NCBI GenBank assembly: GCA_002502625.1 | Contig: DAPV01000046.1 | Location: 1-55,129, forward strand | DNA length: 55,129 nucleotides | Source: Euryarchaeota archaeon UBA125 | Lineage (GTDB): Archaea; Thermoplasmatota; Poseidoniia; Poseidoniales; Thalassarchaeaceae | Direction of reading: 5' to 3' | Shown: piece after piece, positions 1 through 10,602 of the stretch | How positions within the stretch are numbered: the stretch's first letter is position 1 | Layout: every line of letters begins with the position of its first letter | Position numbers and translations under genes: made by a program | Notes under the pieces: generated by a model | Told to the model about the DNA's origin: nothing | The model's input: only the letters and a program-made list of their open reading frames with translations | Databases searched by the model: none

Positions 1-1
1 T

Positions 2-1054
2 ATGGGACCTTGTGCTGGAGGAGCAGTATACAGTCCTGCAATTACTGACTTTGTAATAATGGTGGATAAAACCGCTCATATGTTCATTACTGGTCCGGAG
101 GTTATCAAAACAGTCACCAATGAAGAAGTTTCGTTTGAAGAACTTGGAGGAGCAAATACACATGCTACAAGATCTGGAGTTACTCACTTCACTGCAGAAT
201 CTGATGAAGATGCTCTCGATTTAGTACGAAATTTACTTGGACACTTACCCAGTAATAACTTAGAGAAAACTCCTAGAGCATCTTCTGCGAAGCCATCAAT
301 CGATTCTGAAACTTTGCGAAATCTTGTTCCTGAAGACCCATCCAAGCCATATGATGTAATTACTGCCATTGAAGGAATAGTCGACTATGGAGCATTTTTA
401 GAAGTTCAAGCCGATTTTGCTCAAAATATTGTTTGTGGATTTGCTCGACTTGATGGGCATTCAATTGGATTAGTTGCGAATCAACCGAATTTCTTAGCCG
501 GATGTTTAGATATCGATGCATCTGTTAAAGCAGCAAGATTTGTTAGGTTCTGTGATGCATTTAACATTCCTTTAGTTACCCTTGTAGACGTTCCAGGATT
601 CTTACCGGGAGCAGGACAAGAGTGGGGCGGCATCATTAGACATGGAGCTAAACTACTCTACGCTTATGCAGAAGCTACAGTCCCTAAGATGACTGTGATA
701 TTAAGAAAAGCATATGGTGGCGCTTATGATGTTATGTCGTCAAAACATATCAGAGGAGATTACAATATTGCATGGCCAACTGCTCAACTTGCGGTAATGG
801 GTGCTGAAGGAGCAGTACAGATAATTCATAGAAAAAGAATTCAAACTTCTGGCAATCCGGATCAAGAACGTCAAAGATTAGTAGATGACTATACCGAATC
901 TTTTGCAACTCCATACAAAGCAGCTTCTCTAGGTTATCTAGACGACGTCATAGATCCAGCAGAAACCCGTGAACGCCTTTCAAGAGCACTGGGTCATCTA
1001 ATGGATAAAGAAGAACCAAGACCTGCTCGAAAACATGGTAACATCCCACTCTGA
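2..1054 (+). CDS. pccB: Acyl-CoA carboxylase carboxyltransferase (beta) subunit, 5'-truncated by the window edge
   Basis: GPCAGGAVYSPA, DVPGFLPG, GIIRHGAKLLYAYAEATVPK, RKAYGGAY and C-terminal RKHGNIPL, typical of PccB/MmdA carboxyltransferases. Confidence 0.93.
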   Translation: MGPCAGGAVYSPAITDFVIMVDKTAHMFITGPEVIKTVTNEEVSFEELGGANTHATRSGVTHFTAESDEDALDLVRNLLGHLPSNNLEKTPRASSAKPSIDSETLRNLVPEDPSKPYDVITAIEGIVDYGAFLEVQADFAQNIVCGFARLDGHSIGLVANQPNFLAGCLDIDASVKAARFVRFCDAFNIPLVTLVDVPGFLPGAGQEWGGIIRHGAKLLYAYAEATVPKMTVILRKAYGGAYDVMSSKHIRGDYNIAWPTAQLAVMGAEGAVQIIHRKRIQTSGNPDQERQRLVDDYTESFATPYKAASLGYLDDVIDPAETRERLSRALGHLMDKEEPRPARKHGNIPL

Positions 1055-1063
1055 GGTAATCAC

Positions 1064-1321
1064 ATGGATGAAAAAACATCTTTTACATCAGAAATTGGAA
1101 GGATATTGAGAGAATCAAGAGATGTAAATAATAATCAAATCGATAATAAATTACGACTCGCTGTTGCTTTAGCAGTTAAATTACATATTTCTAGAAATAT
1201 TGATGATAAGGCAGATATTGGGCGAATGTTAGGTCCTGCTTTCTCACAAGATCATCGTCGAATGAGGTTCGGAACAAATAATCTGATTCAAGCAAGAAAT
1301 TCAAGAAGTACTTGGAGGTGA
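1064..1321 (+). CDS. Small protein between carboxyltransferase and biotin carrier; possible epsilon-like accessory subunit
   Basis: 85 aa, upstream GAGGT Shine-Dalgarno-like sequence, operon position, hydrophobic helix LAVALAV followed by a basic tail ending STWR. Confidence 0.55.
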   Translation: MDEKTSFTSEIGRILRESRDVNNNQIDNKLRLAVALAVKLHISRNIDDKADIGRMLGPAFSQDHRRMRFGTNNLIQARNSRSTWR

Positions 1322-1325
1322 ATTT

Positions 1326-1763
1326 ATGCCGGAAAAGTATGAAATCGATATTGATGGAGAAATTTTCTCTGTGGATATAGAAGAAATGGATGACGGAAAA
1401 TTACGAGCCACCGTTTCTGGAACTGAATTTATGGTTAAACTGCCAGAGAACCTTGGATCTTCTCCTACTCCAAGACGAAGAAGCGGAGGGGGTGGTTCAA
1501 AAGTAAAATCCGGAACTGTTTCGACCAGTATACCTGGAAAAATTGTTACTTTAGAGGCCACATTAGGCCAAGAGGTAATCGAAGGGCAAGTAATATTGAT
1601 ACTAGAAGCAATGAAAATGCAGAATGAAGTAACTGCCCCTATATCAGGAAAAATATCTTCAATCAATTGTTCCGAAGGAGATAATGTTGAAGCAAATATG
1701 GCACTAGTTGTCATCACACCCAATACTGATGAAGGAGAAAAAACAGATGAAACATTACAATGA
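1326..1763 (+). CDS. Biotin carboxyl carrier protein
   Basis: EAMKMQNEV biotinylation motif; upstream GGAGGTGA. Confidence 0.93.
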   Translation: MPEKYEIDIDGEIFSVDIEEMDDGKLRATVSGTEFMVKLPENLGSSPTPRRRSGGGGSKVKSGTVSTSIPGKIVTLEATLGQEVIEGQVILILEAMKMQNEVTAPISGKISSINCSEGDNVEANMALVVITPNTDEGEKTDETLQ

Positions 1764-1794
1764 TTCAAGTGATGTGAGCGACAGGTGATGATGA

Positions 1795-2025
1795 ATGCCG
1801 AAGTGCGACCACCCGAATTGTGCCGAAGAAGGCGAAGTAATTTCACGTCTTTCTCCAGAAGGATTTTTAGTTGCAACTGGAAAAAAGGCATATTCGTTTA
1901 GAGAAGCATATCGACGATTCTATTACTGTAAAAAATGTCATGATGAATTAATGACAAATGTTTGGACTAGAGTTCGTAAGCCAGATGATAAAGGGGATGA
2001 TCACCCTGCTCCAACAATGGTCTAA
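1795..2025 (+). CDS. Small Cys-rich putative zinc-binding protein
   Basis: 76 aa with CDHPNC and YYCKKCHD; upstream AGGTGA. Confidence 0.65.
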   Translation: MPKCDHPNCAEEGEVISRLSPEGFLVATGKKAYSFREAYRRFYYCKKCHDELMTNVWTRVRKPDDKGDDHPAPTMV

Positions 2026-2049
2026 GAACAGGCCATACTACGGAAGACT

Positions 2050-2886
2050 ATGGCAGACCGGGTTTGCATCGTCAGTGGCGGAAACTCAGGCATAGGCTTC
2101 GAATTATGCAGAGGTATGGCAGATGCCGGATTTCACGTTGTTATGGTCAGCCGGGGTGCAGAACGCGGACAGCCCGCTTTGGATAAATTAAAGGCAGAAT
2201 TTGGAGATTCAGTAGAGATGATGCTCTGCGATATGAGCGACCTTGTCAACATCTCTAAACTTCATGCTGAATTTACCGCCAAGTTCGATCGTCTTGACGT
2301 ACTTCTCAACAATGCCGGTGCGATGTGGGGTCGCAGAGAAAAGACTGCTCAAGGACACGAGATGACATTCGGCGTAAATCATCTAGGCTACTTTGTGATG
2401 GCACAGATATTCTTGCCATTGCTCAAAGCGACTGAAGGTAGTCGAATCATCAACACCGCATCAGAAGCTCACAGGATGGCCAATCTCAAATTAAAGAACC
2501 TAAATTGGGAAAAAAAGTATTACAGTCAATGGCGAACCTATGGCAATTCTAAACTCTGCAACATCTTGTTTACACGCGAATTGGCTCGTAAATTGGAAGG
2601 AACAGGAATCACAACACATTGCTTCCATCCAGGTGTTGTTCGCACGCGTTTCGGTTCCGGTTCTAGCGGCCCAATGCGTTTGTTTTTGCCTCTATTCCGT
2701 CTATTTATGATCAACTCGACGAAAGGTGCGAGCACAGGCTTACATCTTGCTTTGAGCGAAGACGCAGCCACCTCAACCGGTGAATATTGGGTTCGATCCA
2801 AAAGGAATCGTGGCAACCGTCACGCTCGAAACGACTCTAATGCGAGTCGACTGTGGGAGGTTTCCGAGGAGATGTTGAATGAGTGA
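2050..2886 (+). CDS. SDR oxidoreductase (retinol dehydrogenase/WWOX-like subgroup)
   Basis: SGGNSGIG, NNAG, FGVNHLG, YGNSK catalytic YxxxK, HPGVVRT. Confidence 0.92.
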   Translation: MADRVCIVSGGNSGIGFELCRGMADAGFHVVMVSRGAERGQPALDKLKAEFGDSVEMMLCDMSDLVNISKLHAEFTAKFDRLDVLLNNAGAMWGRREKTAQGHEMTFGVNHLGYFVMAQIFLPLLKATEGSRIINTASEAHRMANLKLKNLNWEKKYYSQWRTYGNSKLCNILFTRELARKLEGTGITTHCFHPGVVRTRFGSGSSGPMRLFLPLFRLFMINSTKGASTGLHLALSEDAATSTGEYWVRSKRNRGNRHARNDSNASRLWEVSEEMLNE

Positions 2887-2933
2887 AGCCACTGATTTGT
2901 ACCATCTTTGCCTGACGGAATAAAATTTAGAGA

Positions 2934-4301
<1,368 letters not shown>

Positions 4302-4383
4302 TCATCTCTCCGAGGTACTAACCGCAAGGGATGTAACGACCGAAATCAATTAGGCACTTGAAAGGTTGTATGATTTTTTCAGA

Positions 4384-5700
4384 CTATGAATAGATAATAC
4401 GTTCAGCAATATTCGACACTGCCTCTTCATATCCCTTGAGAGTAATCACAGACATAGCATTCTGACTAACTTGTCTTTTTCTTAATGCATCTGCAACAGG
4501 AGTATGTTCACGGAACCATCTTGTTCGTCCGTCCTTACCTATTATTCGTACATCTACTGCAGCCATGCGAGGTTCAGAGAGTAATAATTTGATAGATGGA
4601 ACATCAATACAAACATATCCTGGATCTAGACCAGAACGTCTAGCAATCTCATCTTCAACTTGAATCCTATCCTCGGAATTTGTCGCTAAATGAACCAAAC
4701 GATCTATTTGAACAGGAGTCAATTCATCCATTCTCCTTGTCAAACAATTCTTCAGTAACCGACGATATTTCAAACGCTTAATCATATCTTTAGCAAATGG
4801 ACCAGCAGAATCTAAAGCATGCCAAACTTCTGCATCAACCATGCGTTGCATTAGAACGGCATCAGGGAGATTTTCTTCTGATCTTTCTACAGCTCTGGAA
4901 AGCATTACTTCTGTAATCCTAGTAACTTTATGAAAATATACTGCACTGTACATCAGAGCCCTAGCAGTCATCATCCCTTCCAACGCTGATAGACCACCTT
5001 CTGAAACTGCTATATCTCCAGAATGTCTTTCCATACAATGAATCAATCGATGATGATCAATTATCCCGTGCCTCACACCAGTAAAATGTGCATCTCGCAA
5101 AAGATAGTCCATTTGATCACAGTCAACTGGACCATGAACCAAATGACCCATCGTATGATCTTGTGAGTGAAAGGCTTCTGCGCCTTCGCCCCAATGAAAC
5201 AAATTTCTCTCTTTTCCTCCTGCATCAGGACCATGAATCAATGATGAAACTTCTTTAGGATCGATTCCATAAGATTCCAAAATCTCGGGAACCGTTCTAC
5301 GTTCTGGAAAAAGAGATCTCTCCTCATCAGAAAGTATCTCGTAATCTCCCGTGATAATTCCTTCAGTGATATGCATATGATCTGCTCCTCCTCTCTCATG
5401 AAGTATATGTTCCAAGGTATGAGAATACGGACCATGTCCAACATCGTGTAACATTGCCGCCACCTCTACAATCGTAGATTCTTCTTCGGAAAGAGAAAGA
5501 CTGTCTGCCATTCGTCCGGCTAAATGTGAAACCCCAAGAGAATGCTCAAAACGAGTATGATGAGCACCTGGAAAAACCAAATGAGCAAGACCTAATTGTT
5601 TGATATGACTTAGTTTATTGAACTCAGGAGTTGAAAGTAAATCTTCTCTAACACCATCAATCGAAAATGATCCATGTATAGTGTCATTGATGACTCTCAT
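4384..5700 (-). CDS. HD-superfamily phosphohydrolase (SAMHD1/dNTP triphosphohydrolase-like)
   Basis: IKQLG, HTRFEHSLGV, LHDVGHGPYSH, DCDQMDYLLRD, MYSAVYFHK. Confidence 0.9.
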   Translation of the reverse strand: MRVINDTIHGSFSIDGVREDLLSTPEFNKLSHIKQLGLAHLVFPGAHHTRFEHSLGVSHLAGRMADSLSLSEEESTIVEVAAMLHDVGHGPYSHTLEHILHERGGADHMHITEGIITGDYEILSDEERSLFPERRTVPEILESYGIDPKEVSSLIHGPDAGGKERNLFHWGEGAEAFHSQDHTMGHLVHGPVDCDQMDYLLRDAHFTGVRHGIIDHHRLIHCMERHSGDIAVSEGGLSALEGMMTARALMYSAVYFHKVTRITEVMLSRAVERSEENLPDAVLMQRMVDAEVWHALDSAGPFAKDMIKRLKYRRLLKNCLTRRMDELTPVQIDRLVHLATNSEDRIQVEDEIARRSGLDPGYVCIDVPSIKLLLSEPRMAAVDVRIIGKDGRTRWFREHTPVADALRKRQVSQNAMSVITLKGYEEAVSNIAERIIYS

Positions 5701-5753
5701 TGATACATGCCCGTGCAGACTCAGAAATGAACCCTACTATCTTCTTGTTGATT

Positions 5754-8700
5754 CTAACCCTGTTGGCTCCATCCTTGCTGGGAGTAAGCATTTGGGTCTA
5801 CCTGCTGCTGAATTTGCTGTCCTTGAGCTTGTTGATGTGCCCACCATTCCGCTTGCTGAGCAACTCTCATCTCTTCTTCAAGACGATAGCGCTTATCCCC
5901 AATACGATCGAATAACAAAGCAGTCTGTCCAGCATCAATTCTACCTTTTTCAGACAATGTCTCAACCTCTTTCTCAACTTCGAGAATGCCCTCATATCCT
6001 TCAGCATTATCTACTGAGTTCCTTAGTCGTTCGAAATTACTTTTTCTACCAGTAGATGATCTCCAAACTAATATTGACATCAATGCTCCAATTGAGATTA
6101 TGACCAAAATACCAATTGATACTCCTGTTTGAACAGCAGGATCTAATGTAGAACTCTGTTGTAACTGGTCCGGAGTATTATCTCCATTTTCATCTAAAGG
6201 TACATCGTTAGCGTCAAATGGATCGGTTCCAACATTAATTTCATCAAATGTAGTAAAACCATCATTATCATCATCAGGATCAACCATGTCGGCCCATCCG
6301 TCTCCATCAAAATCGGGACACCCTTTTGTAAATCGGGTTGAATTTCCTGCTACTAGTGGACAATCATCACTTTGGTCAAAGCCTTGCTGATCTGCCCATC
6401 CATCACCATCAGTATCTGACCATAAAGAGGCATCATTTGCCCACCCACCTGGAACACTAGAATTACCATCAATAATATCTGCAAAACCATCTCCGTCAGA
6501 ATCTAAACATCCAACTAATCCATTTTCTGTAGATTCTCCATATTCCTCTGGGCAACTATCAGGATCTGTTCCATTAGGATTATCTCCCAATCCATCTGCA
6601 TCAGTATCTGCCCATTGACTTGGATCTGTAGGGAATGTATCACCGGCATCCGACCAACCATCACCATCTCGATCTGGACAAGCGATTCTATCCTCAGTTG
6701 AGGTACCCCATTCTGTGGGACAATCATCAACTAGGCCAGATTCGGCTACATCTGGAATCCCATCTTCATCACTATCTGGACATCCGTTAGACGATTGCCC
6801 AAAATCTACAGGGCAATCATCGCCATCATTAGAAATACCGTCCCCATCATTGTCTGGACACCCTATTTTATCAATAGACGAAGTTCCTTGACGAGTTGGA
6901 CAATCATCTGAATCTGGGAAGCCAGGTGAATCTCCAAAGCCATCACCATCAGAATCTGCATTCTGATTAGGGTTATCTGGCATTGCATCAGAAATGTCTG
7001 ACCACCCATCACCATCTGAATCTACACAGCCTATACGATCTCTAAATGAGGTGCCTGGAGTGTCAGGGCAATCATCAAAAGGTCCAATAGAATTTTCAAG
7101 CTCAATATCTTCAAAACCATCATTATCTCTATCTAAAGGACTAGGATCTGGCAGGTATGCTCCTTCAATCCACATTCCTGGCCAATGGGACATTCGAGAT
7201 GAATTCCAAGATGATACACGCCAATTATCTCCCATTCCATCGCCATCAGTATCATTCCATTGTGACGGTTTATTGAAGAAATCATCAGCGAGATCGGACC
7301 AACCGTCACTATCTAAATCTGTACATCCAAAGGAATCTTTTGTAGAAGTACCCCACACATTTGGACAATCATCTGGAGCTTCCCCCTCAGTATTATCTCC
7401 AAATCCATCTGAATCTGTATCTTCCCATTGAGTAGAATTACCCAAGAATGCATCATTAGAATCTGATTGACCATCTCCATCTTCATCAGGACAACCAAAT
7501 ACATCTCTTGTGCTTAAACCATAGGCGACAGGGCAAAAATCAGGAGTTGTAGCGCCATCTCGATAAACACCTAGTCCACCGAACCTAGACGCATTCCAAG
7601 AAGGTTCACCCCAATTATCACCAAAACCATCACCATCAAAATCTGACCATTGAGTAGAATCGATAGGGAATCTATCGGTACGATCTCCTACTTTATCACC
7701 ATCAGAGTCGATACCATGAACTACTAAAGCAAAATCATTAGATCCACTATGAGAAAGCGTTGAACCATCAATAGTTAATGAGGTAGGGTAATTGAAACCA
7801 AAATATGTTTCATTTCCAAGAATAGCGGCCCCATATCCTGAATCTCCAGAGGTAGAACCGTATCCTTTGACCCAATTCCATGTACCTGAAGAAGAAAGTG
7901 TTGCAGCAAATACATCATTTGATCCTGTACTAGTTAGGCCATATGGTCCAAAAACTGCTGTGCTGTAATAATACCCAGTAACAGCTATTTCACCAGAATC
8001 CCATTCAGTGGAAACTTCGTAACAATAATCAGTACTACTACCACCTCCTTTATCGTACCAGTTCCAATTGCCAGTTGGAGAGATTTGGGCCACAAACATA
8101 TCCCAACTATTCGAATTCGCTTGCAATCTATTTCCAGAAAATTCAGAATATCCATAAAATCGACCACAAACAGTAGCATTACCCCCTGAATCCACACTGA
8201 TTCCTTCAGGGTATGTCTCATAGGAAGTATATCCAAATTCTTCTGCCCAAGAATGACTACCAGAAGAAGAATATTGGGCAATAAAGCCCCAATAATCATA
8301 AGCACGATTTCCATTGTTCAATGTCATTCCCGGAAATTCAACATTATACGAGAATTCTCCGGTAACATATACTCGTTCTTGACTATCAACTGCTACTGAG
8401 CGACCTCTCTCGTAGTAACTGCCACCGATCCTTTCAACCCAACGCCAATTCCCTTGAGAATCAAGACTGGCTAGAAAACCATCAGAGTAACAACTACCAC
8501 ATGTAATTGAACCAGCGGACCCAAAATTCAGTGTCCCAGATGACCAATATCCGGTGACATATACGTTCCCAGATTCTGCTAGAGCCACTCCATGAGCATA
8601 ATCACTACCACTTGCCCCGACTGTCTCTGACCAAATCCAATTTCCGGAGGTGTCCAATAACGCTACAAAAATATCGTAAGAACCACTCGAAGAATGAGAG

Positions 8701-9155
8701 TCACTACCAAATTGAATTGAACCGTAATAAATTCCCGTAATACTGACGTTTCCACCCTTATCCACATCTATATCATAACAATAATCGGAACTAGTTGAAC
8801 CGGCAGTTTTCACCCATAACCATTCTCCAGTTACTGACAACTTAGCAACGAAAATATCTGCAGAATTACTACTGGAAGCAAGGGTTGAAATTTCTCCTAA
8901 GTTCAAAGTTTGATGAAAATATCCACAAACGTATACGTTACCAAAATCATCTACATCAATCCCCTGAATATTATCTGAACCAGAGCCGCCTGCATTCTCA
9001 AACCAAAGTAATTGAGATGAACTTGCTTTAGATGTATATTCAGGTCCAACTTTCTCCTCTAACTGAATGAAGCCATCATAATCTAAAGAGTAAACGAATA
9101 TTGGAGCGAGAAATAAAATCACTAGTACTACACTCAAGCGCCGCTTCATAGACAT
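5754..9155 (-). CDS. Membrane-anchored surface protein: beta-propeller repeats plus TSP3-like Ca-binding repeats, C-terminal TM helix and Q-rich tail
   Basis: N-terminal hydrophobic segment; repeated GNVYVxG...DIFVAKL...GxWxW units; many DxDGDG...DxCP repeats; TM GVSIGILVIISIGALMSILVW. Confidence 0.85.
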   Translation of the reverse strand: MSMKRRLSVVLVILFLAPIFVYSLDYDGFIQLEEKVGPEYTSKASSSQLLWFENAGGSGSDNIQGIDVDDFGNVYVCGYFHQTLNLGEISTLASSSNSADIFVAKLSVTGEWLWVKTAGSTSSDYCYDIDVDKGGNVSITGIYYGSIQFGSDSHSSSGSYDIFVALLDTSGNWIWSETVGASGSDYAHGVALAESGNVYVTGYWSSGTLNFGSAGSITCGSCYSDGFLASLDSQGNWRWVERIGGSYYERGRSVAVDSQERVYVTGEFSYNVEFPGMTLNNGNRAYDYWGFIAQYSSSGSHSWAEEFGYTSYETYPEGISVDSGGNATVCGRFYGYSEFSGNRLQANSNSWDMFVAQISPTGNWNWYDKGGGSSTDYCYEVSTEWDSGEIAVTGYYYSTAVFGPYGLTSTGSNDVFAATLSSSGTWNWVKGYGSTSGDSGYGAAILGNETYFGFNYPTSLTIDGSTLSHSGSNDFALVVHGIDSDGDKVGDRTDRFPIDSTQWSDFDGDGFGDNWGEPSWNASRFGGLGVYRDGATTPDFCPVAYGLSTRDVFGCPDEDGDGQSDSNDAFLGNSTQWEDTDSDGFGDNTEGEAPDDCPNVWGTSTKDSFGCTDLDSDGWSDLADDFFNKPSQWNDTDGDGMGDNWRVSSWNSSRMSHWPGMWIEGAYLPDPSPLDRDNDGFEDIELENSIGPFDDCPDTPGTSFRDRIGCVDSDGDGWSDISDAMPDNPNQNADSDGDGFGDSPGFPDSDDCPTRQGTSSIDKIGCPDNDGDGISNDGDDCPVDFGQSSNGCPDSDEDGIPDVAESGLVDDCPTEWGTSTEDRIACPDRDGDGWSDAGDTFPTDPSQWADTDADGLGDNPNGTDPDSCPEEYGESTENGLVGCLDSDGDGFADIIDGNSSVPGGWANDASLWSDTDGDGWADQQGFDQSDDCPLVAGNSTRFTKGCPDFDGDGWADMVDPDDDNDGFTTFDEINVGTDPFDANDVPLDENGDNTPDQLQQSSTLDPAVQTGVSIGILVIISIGALMSILVWRSSTGRKSNFERLRNSVDNAEGYEGILEVEKEVETLSEKGRIDAGQTALLFDRIGDKRYRLEEEMRVAQQAEWWAHQQAQGQQIQQQVDPNAYSQQGWSQQG

Positions 9156-9203
9156 CGAGGGAAAACACAGGATTTAGGTGATTCGGATAGAAAAGTCAAG
9201 TCT

Positions 9204-9674
9204 TCAAGAGAATGGATGCCTTACTAGATACCTTTCCATGCGTTCTGTAAGTCTTTCTGATGTATTAGAACGAGATGCAAGTAACCTAATTTGCTCAACC
9301 ATTAGAGCATGCTCATCAGATTGAAGACGAAGAACTCGCCTTAGAACATCTAACATTGCCATCTCATCATCTGTAATTACTTCATCATCCAATGCAGTAA
9401 TCAACACATTCTGGTACATTGCAAGATCTCCTAACTTTCGATTTGTATGCTCCTCAACATCTGTATCATTAAATGGAGACATCATATCCCCTCTAGCTAT
9501 AGCAAAACAATCTTGGACACTGCCGGAATCTAGGCCCATGACTGATTCAATAACTTTCAACATTGCAGACTCATCATCTGTAACAATATCATCTGCTAAA
9601 GCAACCTGGACTGTCCTCATCAAAATGTAAAGTCCTCTACTTCCGCCCTTACTATCCATGTATCGGGGTAACAT
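9204..9674 (-). CDS. TerB-like helical protein with two internal repeats
   Basis: VALADDIVTDDESAMLKVI and TALDDEVITDDEMAMLDVL resemble the TerB A-D-G-x-I-x-x-x-E motif. Confidence 0.6.
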   Translation of the reverse strand: MLPRYMDSKGGSRGLYILMRTVQVALADDIVTDDESAMLKVIESVMGLDSGSVQDCFAIARGDMMSPFNDTDVEEHTNRKLGDLAMYQNVLITALDDEVITDDEMAMLDVLRRVLRLQSDEHALMVEQIRLLASRSNTSERLTERMERYLVRHPFS

Positions 9675-9775
9675 CTCAACTATATGGCCAAATCGCTTTG
9701 ATGAATGAAAAATTATTCAACTAATCAATAATTATCAAAGAGAGGGTTGAAATCAAGAACCATCAACAGAGAAAC

Positions 9776-10519
9776 GTGGCTCCCAAAATCTCTTCTGTGA
9801 AAGGAGGTGGTGAAACTTCAAAAAATCTTCTTGGATTTGTAGCTCCTTGGAGAGACGCTTCTGGAAATTTACTAAACCCTATGGAGATAATTCAAACTAG
9901 AAGATTTACTATTTTCTATCTCGCAATAGTTTGGTTTTATGTCCTACTAATCGATGAAGCCATAGAAGGCAGTGTATTTTACAATCTCAGATTAATAAGT
10001 GAAGATATTGCGAGGATGAATCCAAATGAATTAACATCTAATCCTCTAATTTTCCTTCTGTCATTATTAATTTCCCCCTTTGCACATTGGGATACAGTAC
10101 ACGCAATGTATGTTACTGCAGGAATAATGTTCTTTTTACAATCCTTTGAGGCACATAATAATTGGAAAAGTGCTGCAATAATTTTCATCGGAACAAGTGC
10201 ATTAACATCAATATTTATGGCGATTTTTTACAATGTTGGTTTCATCTTAAATCCCGATATTGAACTGTTTTCTTACGTCATGAGCAGATCATTCAGAGGT
10301 GGATCGATTGGAATGTTTGGGGCTTTGGGGGCACTTGCTTATCATGCTAAGAAACCGCAATTTCCTTTGATACTTGTTTTCTTATTTGAGGTTTGGAACT
10401 ACAATAGTTACGGTACTGATGCTGCCATTTCAATTGGTCATGCAAGTTCTACGTTAATTGGTCTACTCGTTTGGAGACTTTGGAACAAAAAGGGAGATAT
10501 ATATGACGAATCTGAATAA
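9776..10519 (+). CDS. Rhomboid-like intramembrane serine protease
   Basis: About 6-7 hydrophobic segments; PFAHWDTVH, GGSIG (catalytic Ser position) and IGHASS (catalytic His position); GTG start uncertain. Confidence 0.7.
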   Translation: MAPKISSVKGGGETSKNLLGFVAPWRDASGNLLNPMEIIQTRRFTIFYLAIVWFYVLLIDEAIEGSVFYNLRLISEDIARMNPNELTSNPLIFLLSLLISPFAHWDTVHAMYVTAGIMFFLQSFEAHNNWKSAAIIFIGTSALTSIFMAIFYNVGFILNPDIELFSYVMSRSFRGGSIGMFGALGALAYHAKKPQFPLILVFLFEVWNYNSYGTDAAISIGHASSTLIGLLVWRLWNKKGDIYDESE

Positions 10520-10526
10520 AAAATCA

Positions 10527-10548
10527 TTGTAATACAATTGTATTGCAA
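10527..10548. promoter_or_regulatory. Near-perfect 22-bp palindrome; candidate operator upstream of the RHH gene
   Basis: TTGTAATACAATTGTATTGCAA with perfect 14-bp core AATACAATTGTATT (10531-10544); extra AATACAA at 10553-10559; TATA-like TATATAC at 10561. Confidence 0.55.
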
Positions 10549-10602
10549 ATGAAATACAACTATATACTGGGGCCACCCCCAATAGGACAGAGGTCGCGGA
10601 GA

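Noticed and set aside
1301-1891. 196-aa minus-strand ORF
   Set aside because: Antisense to the biotin carrier gene, which has a clear EAMKM motif.
6200-7720. Recurring CCATC/ATCACCATC-like motifs as a DNA repeat array (also at about 20630-22730)
   Set aside because: They are degenerate codons for DxDGDG TSP3-like protein repeats, with irregular spacing.
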